Shown: piece after piece, positions 9,938 through 19,364 of the stretch
Layout: the number at the start of each line of letters is the position of its first letter
Position numbering within the stretch: position 1 is the first letter of the stretch
Source of the DNA: a virus
Taxonomy: Duplodnaviria > Heunggongvirae > Uroviricota > Caudoviricetes
DNA: 29,656 bases
Virus record (IMG/VR): IMGVR_UViG_2718218453_000002
Reading direction: 5' to 3' (one strand)
Made by a program: the position numbers and the translations under genes
The notes under the pieces: model-generated
Told to the model about the DNA's origin: nothing
The model's input: the letters and a program-made list of their open reading frames with translations, nothing else
The model's database searches: none

Positions 9938-10569
9938 ATCGGCGCACCCGTTGTCCCGCCGCTGTCGCCGGGGTGTTTATGGGTGTGGAGCACCTTGCCA
10001 TTAGATGACAGTGACCCGCCTGTATGCTCGATGTTGCCTTTCATCGTTCCGCCCTTTTGCACCTCAAGCGTCGCTGTCGTCAGCTTGTTGGTGCAAATCA
10101 CCTCGGGGGTGTCGAGGGTGATACTGGTTGAGGCTTTCACCAGTACCAGCGGCACGGTTGCGGTGATGGATCCCGATGCCGTCACGTCGGCCGTTTTGAT
10201 GCCGCTGACCGTCAGCGCACTGGTCTCGGGCTCGTACTCAATGACCGCACCATCAGGGAAAACCACATGCCACGCATCCGCCGAGGCAGAGGGGGCGAGG
10301 TTATCGTCGGAGAAAATTCCAGGCAGCACGAAAGCGGTATCAAGCTCGCCACCGATTGCCAGCAGCAGAACCTGCTCACCGACCGAGGGAGCCCACCACG
10401 TCCGCGAACGACCGGCGCGGGTGGTCAGCCAGTTCAGCCATGTAGTCTGGATCCCGCCGCTTTGTACGCGGCACAGCCCCTGCACGGTATCAACCTCAGT
10501 CACCACACCTGAGCGGATGAGGTTGCGAATCGCGCGCGCGAGCTCCTGTATCGTGGATAACGTATTCAT
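9934..10569 (-). CDS. V: Baseplate spike/hub protein V
   Basis: 211-aa ORF, same length as P2 gpV; first gene of the V-W-J-I-H-G block. Confidence 0.9.
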   Translation of the reverse strand: MNTLSTIQELARAIRNLIRSGVVTEVDTVQGLCRVQSGGIQTTWLNWLTTRAGRSRTWWAPSVGEQVLLLAIGGELDTAFVLPGIFSDDNLAPSASADAWHVVFPDGAVIEYEPETSALTVSGIKTADVTASGSITATVPLVLVKASTSITLDTPEVICTNKLTTATLEVQKGGTMKGNIEHTGGSLSSNGKVLHTHKHPGDSGGTTGAPI

Positions 10570-10637
10570 AGTGCAAGGATGCCTCTGGTCTGGAGTCGCG
10601 CCAATTCGCGCGGCTCCGGTGGTGGTTCACACAATAT

Positions 10638-11087
10638 TTATTTGCCGAGATGCCTGATAATGACGTCTTCAATCATCTGCTCATCGTCGCGGGTGAAACC
10701 GAGTAACGGGCGCGCCTCGTACTGCACATCCCGGCTGTTGCGGTTTGGTCTGTCTTTGAGCCCGTACTGATGCACCCGCGCCATGCGCTGCACCTTGCCG
10801 GTAAACTCCACCACCGCCGCACTGTCGCTGCCTTTGGCTTTCATAAAGCGACTGGTGCGCAGTTTGGCGAACATTTCACGTTTAATCCGACCTTTCTTGC
10901 TCCTCACCGGCTGGCGCTTTCGTGCCGCATACGGGGTGCCGTCTGGTGCCTGCTGGCGCTTGATACGCTGTTGCTGACTGGTACGCAGCTTTTTCGCAAT
11001 CTCAGCCGCCATTTGCCGACGCGCCGCCGGTGACAGGCTGGCAATCAGACCGGCAAGGCGTTCCTGCAGTGCGGTTAACTCACTCAT
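10638..11087 (-). CDS. S: Tail completion protein S
   Basis: 149-aa ORF following R; size and position match P2 gpS. Confidence 0.85.
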   Translation of the reverse strand: MSELTALQERLAGLIASLSPAARRQMAAEIAKKLRTSQQQRIKRQQAPDGTPYAARKRQPVRSKKGRIKREMFAKLRTSRFMKAKGSDSAAVVEFTGKVQRMARVHQYGLKDRPNRNSRDVQYEARPLLGFTRDDEQMIEDVIIRHLGK

Positions 11088-11556
11088 CCCACTTACTCAC
11101 CAGTTCGCCGTTAACGTACAGCTCGACCGGGCGCGTCACCGGCTCAGGCAGCGGCGGCTCAGGGGCATAGCTGACATGCAGCGCGCCGTCGACCTCTTTG
11201 ACGAGCGTGCGCTCGGTGAGCCTCAGGCTGATACTGATATCGAGCGAATCGTCGTTATTGATATCAATAATCCAGGTGAATCCTTTTTCCCGCCCGTCGT
11301 CGGTGGTCATAATGTCCGGCTGATGTTCACGCAGCCACGCCTGCACCGGCACGAATATCAAATCAAGGTCACCGGTGAAGTCGGTCACCACCACGTTAAG
11401 CACGTACACCTTTTCAAACGACAGCGAGCTCGCCAGTCTGGAATCGGTATGGCCGTTGTCGGCAAAAAGGCGCAGCATATCGGGGTTGTTTCGGAGCTGC
11501 GGCACGGCGTTAATCAGCGCTTTGCGCAGGCTTTTGTGCTTCTGCATCGAGTTCAT
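11080..11556 (-). CDS. R: Tail completion protein R
   Basis: 158-aa ORF following the lysis genes; size and position match P2 gpR. Confidence 0.85.
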   Translation of the reverse strand: MNSMQKHKSLRKALINAVPQLRNNPDMLRLFADNGHTDSRLASSLSFEKVYVLNVVVTDFTGDLDLIFVPVQAWLREHQPDIMTTDDGREKGFTWIIDINNDDSLDISISLRLTERTLVKEVDGALHVSYAPEPPLPEPVTRPVELYVNGELVSKWDE

Positions 11557-11800
11557 CCTGACAGTGTTTGACGGTTTTGACCTGTAGCGCGCAGGCGATC
11601 AGCGCGCCCTCAAGGCGGCGGATATCTGCGCTCAGGTCACCATTGGTTTTCGGGTCACTTCCCGGCATCGGGCAAAGGCTCACTCTCGGGCATCCGTTGA
11701 CCACAATCACCGGCGCTGGCGCAGGCGGTGCGGATGTGCAACCGACGCACAACATCAGGTAAAGCAGCGTTATACCAGCGGCGAAAGGCTTCATTTTCAT
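11510..11800 (-). CDS. lysC: LysC, Rz1-like outer-membrane spanin lipoprotein (embedded/overlapping gene)
   Basis: 96-aa ORF in an alternative frame overlapping the 3' part of lysB and the 5' end of R; N-terminal signal with lipobox-like LCVGC; Pro-rich mature part. Same nested arrangement and length as P2 lysC. Confidence 0.65.
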   Translation of the reverse strand: MKMKPFAAGITLLYLMLCVGCTSAPPAPAPVIVVNGCPRVSLCPMPGSDPKTNGDLSADIRRLEGALIACALQVKTVKHCQDELDAEAQKPAQSAD

Positions 11801-12068
11801 TAAGTAACCTCGTTATTGATTGCTCGCGGCGGCTGGCTTCCTCGCTGGCCTTTGCGAGCTGTTCACGCAGTGCCACCTGCGCAGATTCATTACGTCTGGC
11901 AAGCTGACCGGCAACACTGAGCTGATTTTTCAGCATGCCAATCGTCGTCTTTTGTTCGCTCGCGACGCGGTTTGCTGTCTCAAAGGAGCGGGATAAATTG
12001 CCGTTCTCATGGCGCAACCACAACATCCCGAGCACAGTCAGCACCAGAAGTGTAATCAGGATTTTCAT
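11655..12068 (-). CDS. lysB: LysB, Rz-like inner-membrane spanin
   Basis: N-terminal TM helix (MKILITLLVLTVLGMLWL) then coiled-coil region. Start placed at the ATG that overlaps the endolysin stop (ATGA); the track start at 12095 is an alternative. Confidence 0.7.
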   Translation of the reverse strand: MKILITLLVLTVLGMLWLRHENGNLSRSFETANRVASEQKTTIGMLKNQLSVAGQLARRNESAQVALREQLAKASEEASRREQSITRLLNENEAFRRWYNAALPDVVRRLHIRTACASAGDCGQRMPESEPLPDAGK

Positions 12069-12562
12069 TCCATTACCCCGCCAGCGGTGCGCCATACGGT
12101 GACCAGTTTGTCGAGGCTGTGCTCACGTTGGCCGTAACCGGCACCCGGTAACGACGCCCAGATATTGCGGCACCGTGAAATTGCCCGCTCAATACGCCCC
12201 GCCTTAATATCCTCAATGGCACCGCGTTCGCGGATTAACTGAATCGCAAGTTTGTCCTGCGACAACGGGCTGAAATCAGGCAATGCGAGTTGTTTCTGAT
12301 AGTGCGGCCAGTAGAGATAAAGCTGCTGGTAACGCCCTGATGCCGTGGATTTTTCGCCGCGTCGATTAAACACTTTCGCTGGTCTGCCATGTGCGAAAGG
12401 GTGGTCGGTGTAGTCGGTGAAAATTTCCGGCTTGCCATCAAGGCCAGTGACAATGACGTCGTAACCACGATTTTTCGTCAGCGGATGCGTCGCCGTCCCT
12501 TCGGAATAGGCCAGCATGTCCAGAAATGCGGCGATATTCTGGTGAGTATTAATGACCGGCAT
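12065..12562 (-). CDS. K: Endolysin, lambda R-like lytic transglycosylase family
   Basis: Clear similarity to the lambda R / P2 gpK family (FLDMLAYSEGT, GYDVIVTG, FTDYTDHP, GRYQ, NIWASLPGAGYGQREH). Start at internal ATG MPVINTHQ (12562); the track's 77-aa N-terminal extension overlaps the holin gene. Confidence 0.85.
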   Translation of the reverse strand: MPVINTHQNIAAFLDMLAYSEGTATHPLTKNRGYDVIVTGLDGKPEIFTDYTDHPFAHGRPAKVFNRRGEKSTASGRYQQLYLYWPHYQKQLALPDFSPLSQDKLAIQLIRERGAIEDIKAGRIERAISRCRNIWASLPGAGYGQREHSLDKLVTVWRTAGGVME

Positions 12563-12845
12563 CGCTATCCCCCTGTTGTGACTTAAAGCGGCGCTGAATG
12601 GCGATTTCCACCACCTGATAACCTGCAATGCCGAGCATGGATCCAATCCCACAAACGGCAGGCAGTGACATATCTGGAAACTGCACCAGAACAACACCGG
12701 CGACCATTGAAACAAAACCGCCGAGCAGCATGCGGCCGATAAACAGGCGCGGGGTAATGGGCTCACCACCCGCCAGCACTTTTCCGACAACAATCATCAC
12801 GCCAATCACAAACAGTGACAGGACGCCTTTTTCCCCTTCTGTCAT
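12549..12845 (-). CDS. Y: Holin (P2 gpY family)
   Basis: 98-aa protein with hydrophobic segments (LSLFVIGVMIVVGKVLAGG; LLGGFVSMVAGVVLV; AVCGIGSMLGIAGY) and charged C-terminus; sits immediately upstream of the endolysin as in P2. Confidence 0.8.
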   Translation of the reverse strand: MTEGEKGVLSLFVIGVMIVVGKVLAGGEPITPRLFIGRMLLGGFVSMVAGVVLVQFPDMSLPAVCGIGSMLGIAGYQVVEIAIQRRFKSQQGDSDAGH

Positions 12846-12848
12846 GGT

Positions 12849-13052
12849 TTACTCCCAAAGGTTGATAGTTTCTGTTACGGGTGACGATGCCACGTCGGGC
12901 AGGTCAATCGCCGTGCCATGCGGCAGAATGACGCCCAGCTCAGACAGACCGGGATTAGCCTGCAGCACCGTCTCGACCACGCCCTCAGTGCGCCCGTAAT
13001 ACCGGGCGCAAAGCGCGTCGAGGGTGTCGCCCTGCATCGCGTAGACTTTCAT
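12849..13052 (-). CDS. X: Tail protein X (LysM-like)
   Basis: Matches recalled P2 gpX (MK..A.QGDTLDA.CARYYGRTEGVVETVL.ANPGL.ELG..LPHGTA..LPDV....V.ET.NLWE). Start placed at internal ATG at 13052, which overlaps the L stop. Confidence 0.75.
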   Translation of the reverse strand: MKVYAMQGDTLDALCARYYGRTEGVVETVLQANPGLSELGVILPHGTAIDLPDVASSPVTETINLWE

Positions 13053-13561
13053 CAGAGCTGACCCACGATGCAGCGCGGCTTGTCCTGCAGACGCGAGACC
13101 GACCAGCGCATATCCCGCCACAGGTCATCAATGGTGGTTTCGACGCTGTCGGCTTTTTTGTCACCCTTGCCCGTGGCCTCAACCCCGCGATAACGTTCAT
13201 ACAGGGTGGCGGTCGCCATCGCCGTCACGGCGCTGAGGTAGTGGAAAACGCGCACATTCTCGCCGTCGATTTCCTCGGCGTCAGGCACGTCGGCCAGTGT
13301 CTTAAACCCTGCGGCAATCTGGCGCAGCCGGTAGTCGTAAAGCTCCGCATTGGTTTCCGCCATGCCGGTCTTGATGGCGTTACGTAGGCGCGCATCGGAA
13401 ACCGTCTGCTCAAGGCGCATCAGTTCGCGCACCCGCTTCGGATCCACATCAGGGAAAAAGAACGTGTTTTTAATCACTGCGTCGCCCATCTCCGGTGTGG
13501 GAATCACCACGCCCGGTACGTCCTGCGGTTCGTCGGGCTGATTCAGTATTACTGTCGTCAT
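13052..13561 (-). CDS. L: Head completion/stabilisation protein L
   Basis: 169-aa ORF, same length as P2 gpL, between M and X. Confidence 0.85.
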   Translation of the reverse strand: MTTVILNQPDEPQDVPGVVIPTPEMGDAVIKNTFFFPDVDPKRVRELMRLEQTVSDARLRNAIKTGMAETNAELYDYRLRQIAAGFKTLADVPDAEEIDGENVRVFHYLSAVTAMATATLYERYRGVEATGKGDKKADSVETTIDDLWRDMRWSVSRLQDKPRCIVGQL

Positions 13562-13654
13562 GACAACCTCATTAGGTTGGGCGGTGGACGCCGGTCGCCG
13601 TCAGGGTCAAAACCCACTTTGACCGGCGTGCCGCCCGGCTCGGGGAGCGTTCAG

Positions 13655-14404
13655 TTAACCGGCGGTTTTTACCGCCTTTGGTGGACGCCCGCGCTTTGCC
13701 GCCGGTTTGTTGGCAGGTTTGCGCGTGCGCGGTTTAGTCGTTTTACGGGATGCTGCCTCTGGCTTTGGCTTCAATGCGCGCTCCAGCCGCTCAATCTCTT
13801 TGCGCACACCGGCATTGCGGTCGAGCTGCATCGCGCGCTGAAACTGTGCCAGTGCTTCGGCGCTCTGACCGGCATCGCGCAGGGTTAGGCCGGTCACCTT
13901 ATGCAGTCGAGCGCGCACCATATCGGGAACGTCAGCGCCGTCGGTCAGGCTAAGGGTGGTCAGCAGTAATGCGAGGTCGACAGGCTCACCGGCATCGCGC
14001 AGGCGCAGCGCGGCAAGCGCCACCTCCTCAACCAGCATGTAAGGTGTCGTGCGGCGATAGTCAGAGGTGAGGCCGTACTTCAGCGCGTATGGCGCAATTT
14101 CCAGCGCGCCAGCGATATCACCGGCATCGAGACGCCACAGCATGACTGTCATCAGAATGTCATCCTGCGCACCACGGCCATCAGCCAGCACACCGGCGAC
14201 CCACGGCGCATAGAACGGCAGCAGCTCACGCTTTTTCGCGGCTTTCAGTTCGTTTGAACGGATGGTTTTCAACGTGCGGCGGTCATCGGCCAGCTTTACC
14301 AGCATCTGCTCGTAGGCGGTTGCATGGCGCAGCGGGGCTTGTTCCCGCTGCGCGGCTTGAGAGGCCGAGACCCGCATCATGTGACGCTGTGCGGGGCTCG
14401 TCAT
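13655..14404 (-). CDS. M: Terminase small (endonuclease) subunit M
   Basis: P2 gpM-like protein. Start placed at the ATG (14404) just downstream of the N stop with a GGAGAG Shine-Dalgarno, giving 249 aa; the track's longer form would overlap N. Confidence 0.85.
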   Translation of the reverse strand: MTSPAQRHMMRVSASQAAQREQAPLRHATAYEQMLVKLADDRRTLKTIRSNELKAAKKRELLPFYAPWVAGVLADGRGAQDDILMTVMLWRLDAGDIAGALEIAPYALKYGLTSDYRRTTPYMLVEEVALAALRLRDAGEPVDLALLLTTLSLTDGADVPDMVRARLHKVTGLTLRDAGQSAEALAQFQRAMQLDRNAGVRKEIERLERALKPKPEAASRKTTKPRTRKPANKPAAKRGRPPKAVKTAG

Positions 14405-14408
14405 GGGC

Positions 14409-15476
14409 TTACTCTCCGCTTTCCGGTGCTGCAGGTGCGGTGAAATCGCCCAGGGTGATGTTTTCCAGCAGACACCCGGCGGCATACGCCTCGACCACAT
14501 AGTCGATATTCATTGACTCGTAGTTTTCCACGCGGTCTTTTTTCGGGTTTTCATCAATGCTGCGGCGGTGGCTCTCATCCATGAAATAGATAGAGAGGTT
14601 TTCCAGCGTTGTCACTAACACGGCATTCGCCGGGAAGTACGGCACACGCACAGCAGGCAGGTTGCCGATTCGCTTCTGGCTGATGATGATATCTGCCGCG
14701 AGCGCTTCGCTGTTTTCTTGCGGCTTGTTCACCAGCGGGAAATATTTGTCGGCCAGCAGCTTACGGCCAACGATGGCAACGAGTTTCGGGTCATCCTGAT
14801 AAACCTCGTCAATCAGGTTGTTGGTAGCATCCATCACCAGCGCGTCGAGGTTCTCATAGTCGCCGTTTTTACCGACGCGAATCACTGCCGAAACGACCTT
14901 ACCGTCAGCATCGGTGATATTGCTCATCACACGCGTCGGGGCTTCGTTGCGGTATTTCTGCAGCCAGCCGACGGCTACATCCTGCAGCATCGGATTTTTG
15001 GTGCGGTCAGAGGTGGCGGCGCGGGTGGTACCGTTAAAACCGGCCATGATGAAATCGAGCGCCTGACGCTTAACAATGGCGTCACGGATGCGGCGCTGAA
15101 AGTCCTGAAAACGCGCCCACAGGTCGAGGGTTTTATATTTCAGATGGAAGTCAAAGTTAATCTGGTCGCACTCGTACTTGTTGGACTCAAGCGCGGTGAA
15201 GTCTGCGGTCTTACGCTCATCATCGCCCGAGGTGTCGGTCGTGCTGGCGATAGTACCGGTCACACCGACGCCGATTTTCTCACCCTTCATTTCTGCGACC
15301 GGCAGAATGTTAATCGTCTGCAGAAACGCGGATGACTCCTGCACTTTGTTCATCAGCGTTTGCGTGACGGACGGCTCGACGGTGAATTTTTTACTGACGT
15401 CATCAGTGCTGATGCCGTTCAGCTCAGCGACGCGGGTCAGATAGGCATTGAACTTAAAACGGGTTTCCGGGCGCAT
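14409..15476 (-). CDS. N: Major capsid protein N
   Basis: 355-aa ORF (P2 gpN about 357 aa) between scaffold O and terminase M. Confidence 0.9.
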   Translation of the reverse strand: MRPETRFKFNAYLTRVAELNGISTDDVSKKFTVEPSVTQTLMNKVQESSAFLQTINILPVAEMKGEKIGVGVTGTIASTTDTSGDDERKTADFTALESNKYECDQINFDFHLKYKTLDLWARFQDFQRRIRDAIVKRQALDFIMAGFNGTTRAATSDRTKNPMLQDVAVGWLQKYRNEAPTRVMSNITDADGKVVSAVIRVGKNGDYENLDALVMDATNNLIDEVYQDDPKLVAIVGRKLLADKYFPLVNKPQENSEALAADIIISQKRIGNLPAVRVPYFPANAVLVTTLENLSIYFMDESHRRSIDENPKKDRVENYESMNIDYVVEAYAAGCLLENITLGDFTAPAAPESGE

Positions 15477-15552
15477 AGTATTTCCTGTTTGAATTTATCG
15501 GTTAGTCACTGCATCGGGCGGAGTTACCGCCCGGTTTCTGGTCTGCGGTTTA

Positions 15553-16407
15553 TCAGCAGTCGGTCAGCAGCTCATCGCCACCACCGCCGCTGGCTTTCGT
15601 GCGTCGCGGCTGGCTGAAACTTTCGGTTTTGTCGAGGGTGGCTTTCAGGGCGGAAAATGCCTGGCTGGTTTCTTCAATCTTGCCGGTCAGTTCCTGTTTA
15701 AAGGTGGTAAGCGCGGCTTCCATAGCGGAAAGACGCTGATCCTGCGCAGTGAGGTTGGTCTGCACATGCTCGCTGACGGTGGTCACCGCTTCATGCACAT
15801 CATTCAGGCGCGCATCGTCGCTGACCTGCTTACGGCTGAAAATGGCTTTCACCTTATCTGCCAGGCTGATTAGCACCGTATCGGGAACGTCTTCAAATTC
15901 CAGTTCGGCCAGCGTGGCAGCGGAAAAGACGTTTTCAGGGTTGGCCTTAAAGCGCTGCAGAGGGTTGTGCTTCGCGTTGCGGCAGAATTCGAGGTATTCA
16001 GTGCCGAGGCTCGCCGGGTCATCGGTGACAGCAAGGCCGACGAGGTAGCATTTGCCGGTATTGGCAAAATTCGGCTGAATTTCCATTGAGGTGTAGACCT
16101 TCTGCAATTTTTTATTCATCGCAATCAGGTCGTCGGTTGGGGTGATTCTGGCGAACAACGCCCATTTGCCGTTAAGCGCAGAATCGTCGTCAATTATTTC
16201 AGCTTTCAGTTCAACCACATCGCCTAAGCGTTTGAAGTCGCCATCAGGAAAGAGACCGCGAATATGCTCAAGGTTAATGCGGCAACCGTAGACGCGAGGG
16301 TCAAACGATTCGGCCATTTCCTGAATATCGTTGCCGCTGATAATGCGGCCGTCGCAGGTGTCACCCTCGACGCCGATGCGAAAGAATTTTGAGACTTTTT
16401 TTGCCAT
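15553..16407 (-). CDS. O: Capsid scaffolding protein O
   Basis: 284-aa ORF, same length as P2 gpO; first gene of the minus-strand late operon, divergent from P. Confidence 0.9.
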   Translation of the reverse strand: MAKKVSKFFRIGVEGDTCDGRIISGNDIQEMAESFDPRVYGCRINLEHIRGLFPDGDFKRLGDVVELKAEIIDDDSALNGKWALFARITPTDDLIAMNKKLQKVYTSMEIQPNFANTGKCYLVGLAVTDDPASLGTEYLEFCRNAKHNPLQRFKANPENVFSAATLAELEFEDVPDTVLISLADKVKAIFSRKQVSDDARLNDVHEAVTTVSEHVQTNLTAQDQRLSAMEAALTTFKQELTGKIEETSQAFSALKATLDKTESFSQPRRTKASGGGGDELLTDC

Positions 16408-16572
16408 TGTCAGGAGTCCTGAGGTTGAGGTTACTGGTCACCGCCAGTTTCCAGACTCAGGACACGCCAGACCACCAATGACGACTGGACAACCGCCCAC
16501 ACAACAGCACCTTAGCGAATCACTGACGGCCATTAAGTAGCCTTGCCCTGAATCCACTACGGCGAGGCATCA
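16408..16572. promoter_or_regulatory. Divergent late-promoter region between O and P (exact promoter elements not identified)
   Basis: 165-bp intergenic region between divergently transcribed O and P, where P2 carries the Ogr-dependent late promoters. I could not find a clean TGT-N12-ACA activator site, so only the region is called. Confidence 0.3.
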
Positions 16573-18342
16573 ATGACCATTTCCACCGATACAACCTTGT
16601 TGCATGACCCGCGACGGCAGGCATCGCTGCTTTACTGGCAGGGTTTTTCCGTGCCACAGATTGCCGAAATGCTGCAGGTCAAGCGCCCGACCGTGCAGAG
16701 CTGGAAGCAGCGCGACGGCTGGGACGGCATCGCGCCGATTTCCCGCGTTGAAAGCAGCCTTGAGGCTAGGCTGATTCAGCTCATCGCCAAGCCGCAAAAG
16801 ACAGGCGGCGATTTCAAAGAGATTGACCTGCTCGGACGGCAGATTGAACGGCTGGCGCGCGTCAACCGCTACAGCCAGACCGGCAACGAGGCCGACCTTA
16901 ACCCCAACGTCGCCAACCGCAACAAAGGGGAGCGCAAAAAGCCGAAAAAGAATTTTTTCAGCGACGAGGCTATCGAGAAACTGGAGGAATTATTTTTCGA
17001 CCAGTCTTTCGAGTACCAGTTGCAGTGGTACCGCGCAGGACTGGAGCACCGTATTCGTGACATTCTCAAATCCCGCCAGATTGGCGCGACGTTCTATTTC
17101 TCCCGCGAGGCACTGCTGCGCGCACTCAAAACCGGCCATAACCAGATATTTTTATCAGCCAGTAAAACGCAGGCTTACGTGTTCCGCGAATACATCATCC
17201 AGTTTGCGCGATTGGTCGACGTTGACCTGACCGGCGACCCGATTGTCATTGGTAACAACGGCGCAAAACTGATTTTTCTCGGTACCAATTCCAACACCGC
17301 GCAGAGCCATAACGGCGACCTGTATGTCGATGAAATATTCTGGATCCCGAATTTTCAGAAACTGCGCAAAGTCGCCTCGGGCATGGCCTCGCAAAAGCAC
17401 CTGCGCTCGACCTATTTTTCGACACCTTCCACGCTGGCGCACGGTGCTTACCCCTTCTGGTCTGGCGAGCTGTTCAACAAGGGGCGCAGCCGGATTGCCG
17501 ACCGCATCGAAATCGACATCAGTCACAGCGCGCTCGCCGGTGGCCAGCTCTGCGACGATGGCCAGTGGCGGCAGATTGTCACCATTGAGGACGCCCTTGC
17601 GGGTGGCTGCACCCTGTTCGACCTCGACCAGCTCAAACGCGAAAACAGTGATGAGGACTTTAAGAACCTGTTTATGTGCGAGTTTGTCGACGATAAAGCG
17701 TCGGTATTCCCGTTCGAGGAGCTGCAGCGCTGCATGGTCGATGTGATGGAGGAATGGGAGGACTTTGCCCCGTTCGCCGACCATCCGTTCGGCTCTCGTC
17801 CTGTCTGGATTGGCTACGACCCGTCACACACCGGCGACAGTGCCGGGTGCGTCGTGCTCGCGCCGCCAGTGGTCTCTGGTGGCAAGTTCCGCATGCTGGA
17901 GCGCCACCAGTGGAAAGGCATGGACTTTGCCGCTCAGGCTGAGGGCATCCGCAAACTGACCGAGAAATACAACGTCGAATACATCGGCATTGACGCAACC
18001 GGCCTCGGCCTCGGCGTGTTCCAGTTGGTGCGCTCATTCTACCCGGCTGCACGCGGCATCCGTTACACCCCTGAAATGAAAACCGCAATGGTGCTCAAGG
18101 CGAAAGACACCATTCGCCGCGGCTGCCTGGAGTACGACGCCGGGGCGACCGACGTCACGCAGTCGTTTATGTCGATTCGCAAAACCATGACCAGCAGCGG
18201 GCGCAGCGCCACCTACGAGGCCTGCCGTACCGAGGAAGCCAGTCACGCCGATATCGCATGGGCGACCATGCACGCCCTGTTAAACGAACCTCTTTCCGCC
18301 GGTAGCGGCATGCATTCAACGACAATTCTGGATATTAACTGA
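16573..18342 (+). CDS. P: Terminase large (ATPase) subunit P
   Basis: 589-aa ORF (P2 gpP 590 aa) with the conserved N-terminal motif LLYWQGFSVPQIAEML and a GAGG Shine-Dalgarno 5 nt upstream. Confidence 0.9.
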   Translation: MTISTDTTLLHDPRRQASLLYWQGFSVPQIAEMLQVKRPTVQSWKQRDGWDGIAPISRVESSLEARLIQLIAKPQKTGGDFKEIDLLGRQIERLARVNRYSQTGNEADLNPNVANRNKGERKKPKKNFFSDEAIEKLEELFFDQSFEYQLQWYRAGLEHRIRDILKSRQIGATFYFSREALLRALKTGHNQIFLSASKTQAYVFREYIIQFARLVDVDLTGDPIVIGNNGAKLIFLGTNSNTAQSHNGDLYVDEIFWIPNFQKLRKVASGMASQKHLRSTYFSTPSTLAHGAYPFWSGELFNKGRSRIADRIEIDISHSALAGGQLCDDGQWRQIVTIEDALAGGCTLFDLDQLKRENSDEDFKNLFMCEFVDDKASVFPFEELQRCMVDVMEEWEDFAPFADHPFGSRPVWIGYDPSHTGDSAGCVVLAPPVVSGGKFRMLERHQWKGMDFAAQAEGIRKLTEKYNVEYIGIDATGLGLGVFQLVRSFYPAARGIRYTPEMKTAMVLKAKDTIRRGCLEYDAGATDVTQSFMSIRKTMTSSGRSATYEACRTEEASHADIAWATMHALLNEPLSAGSGMHSTTILDIN

Positions 18343-18343
18343 C

Positions 18344-19354
18344 ATGAAAAAGCAACTGAAGATACCCACCACAACGACCGTTAGCGCACCGCAAAAAATG
18401 GAGGCGTTCACCTTTGGCGAGCCCTCTGCCGTTCTGGATCGTCGCGATATCCTCGATTATGTCGAGTGCATCAATAACGGTAAGTGGTACGAGCCGCCGG
18501 TCAACTTCTCTGGTCTGGCAAAAAGCCTGCGCGCCGCCGTTCATCACAGCTCGCCGATTTACGTGAAACGTAACATTCTGGCGAGCACCTACATCCCGCA
18601 CCCGCTGCTGTCGCGTCAGGATTTCAGCCGCCTCGTGCTGGATTATCTGGTCTTTGCGAATGGTTATCTTGAGAAGCGCATGAGTGTTACAGGTCAGCTT
18701 TTAAAACTGGAAACATCGCCAGCTAAATATACCCGTCGTGGCGTTGAGGATGGTGTTTACTGGTACGTGTCGAGCTTTAACAACCCACATCAGTTCGCAC
18801 CCGGCTCGGTGTTTCATCTGCTGGAGCCTGACATTAATCAGGAGCTTTACGGTATGCCGGAATATCTGAGCGCACTCAATTCCGCCTGGCTGAATGAATC
18901 CGCCACCCTGTTTCGTCGCAAGTATTACCAGAATGGCGCGCACGCGGGTTACATCATGTACGTCACCGACGCTGCCCAAAGCAGCACCGACGTCGAGTCA
19001 CTGCGTTCTGCGATGCGTGATTCAAAGGGACTCGGGAATTTTAAAAACCTGTTTTTCTACGCACCGAACGGGAAACCGGATGGTATCAAGATTGTGCCGC
19101 TGAGTGAGGTTGCCACGAAAGATGACTTTTTCAATATTAAAAAGGTGAGCGCCGCTGACCTGCTCGATGCGCACCGCGTGCCGTTCCAGTTGATGGGGGG
19201 CAAGCCTGAAAACATCGCATCGCTCGGGGATGTTGAGAGGGTAGCAAAGGTGTTTGTTCGCAACGAGTTAACACCGTTGCAGGAGCGATTCAAAGAAATT
19301 AATGACTGGCTGGGGGTGAAGGTAATAAGCTTTAAAGATTACACAATCGGATAA
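18344..19354 (+). CDS. Q: Portal vertex protein Q
   Basis: 336-aa ORF starting 1 nt after the P stop; P2 gpQ-like size and synteny. Confidence 0.9.
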   Translation: MKKQLKIPTTTTVSAPQKMEAFTFGEPSAVLDRRDILDYVECINNGKWYEPPVNFSGLAKSLRAAVHHSSPIYVKRNILASTYIPHPLLSRQDFSRLVLDYLVFANGYLEKRMSVTGQLLKLETSPAKYTRRGVEDGVYWYVSSFNNPHQFAPGSVFHLLEPDINQELYGMPEYLSALNSAWLNESATLFRRKYYQNGAHAGYIMYVTDAAQSSTDVESLRSAMRDSKGLGNFKNLFFYAPNGKPDGIKIVPLSEVATKDDFFNIKKVSAADLLDAHRVPFQLMGGKPENIASLGDVERVAKVFVRNELTPLQERFKEINDWLGVKVISFKDYTIG

Positions 19355-19364
19355 ATATCGATAT

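Noticed and set aside
9752-10657. 301-aa plus-strand ORF antisense to V and W
   Set aside because: Overlaps two conserved baseplate genes on the opposite strand; low-complexity translation; no RBS context. Same reasoning applies to the other long antisense ORFs inside T, FI, N, P and A.
12065-12793. Long (242-aa) form of the endolysin ORF
   Set aside because: The extra 77 N-terminal residues are Cys/Trp-rich, unlike any lysozyme, and overlap the holin gene; the internal ATG at 12562 gives the conserved lambda R-like start.
13655-14500. Long (281-aa) form of terminase subunit M
   Set aside because: Would overlap the 3' end of capsid gene N by about 90 nt; the ATG at 14404 just after the N stop with a Shine-Dalgarno gives a P2 gpM-sized protein.
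16408-16572. Explicit late promoter (TGT-N12-ACA Ogr-type site) calls in the O/P, V and FI upstream regions
   Set aside because: I searched these intergenic regions by eye and found no clean match to the P2 consensus, so only the regions are noted.
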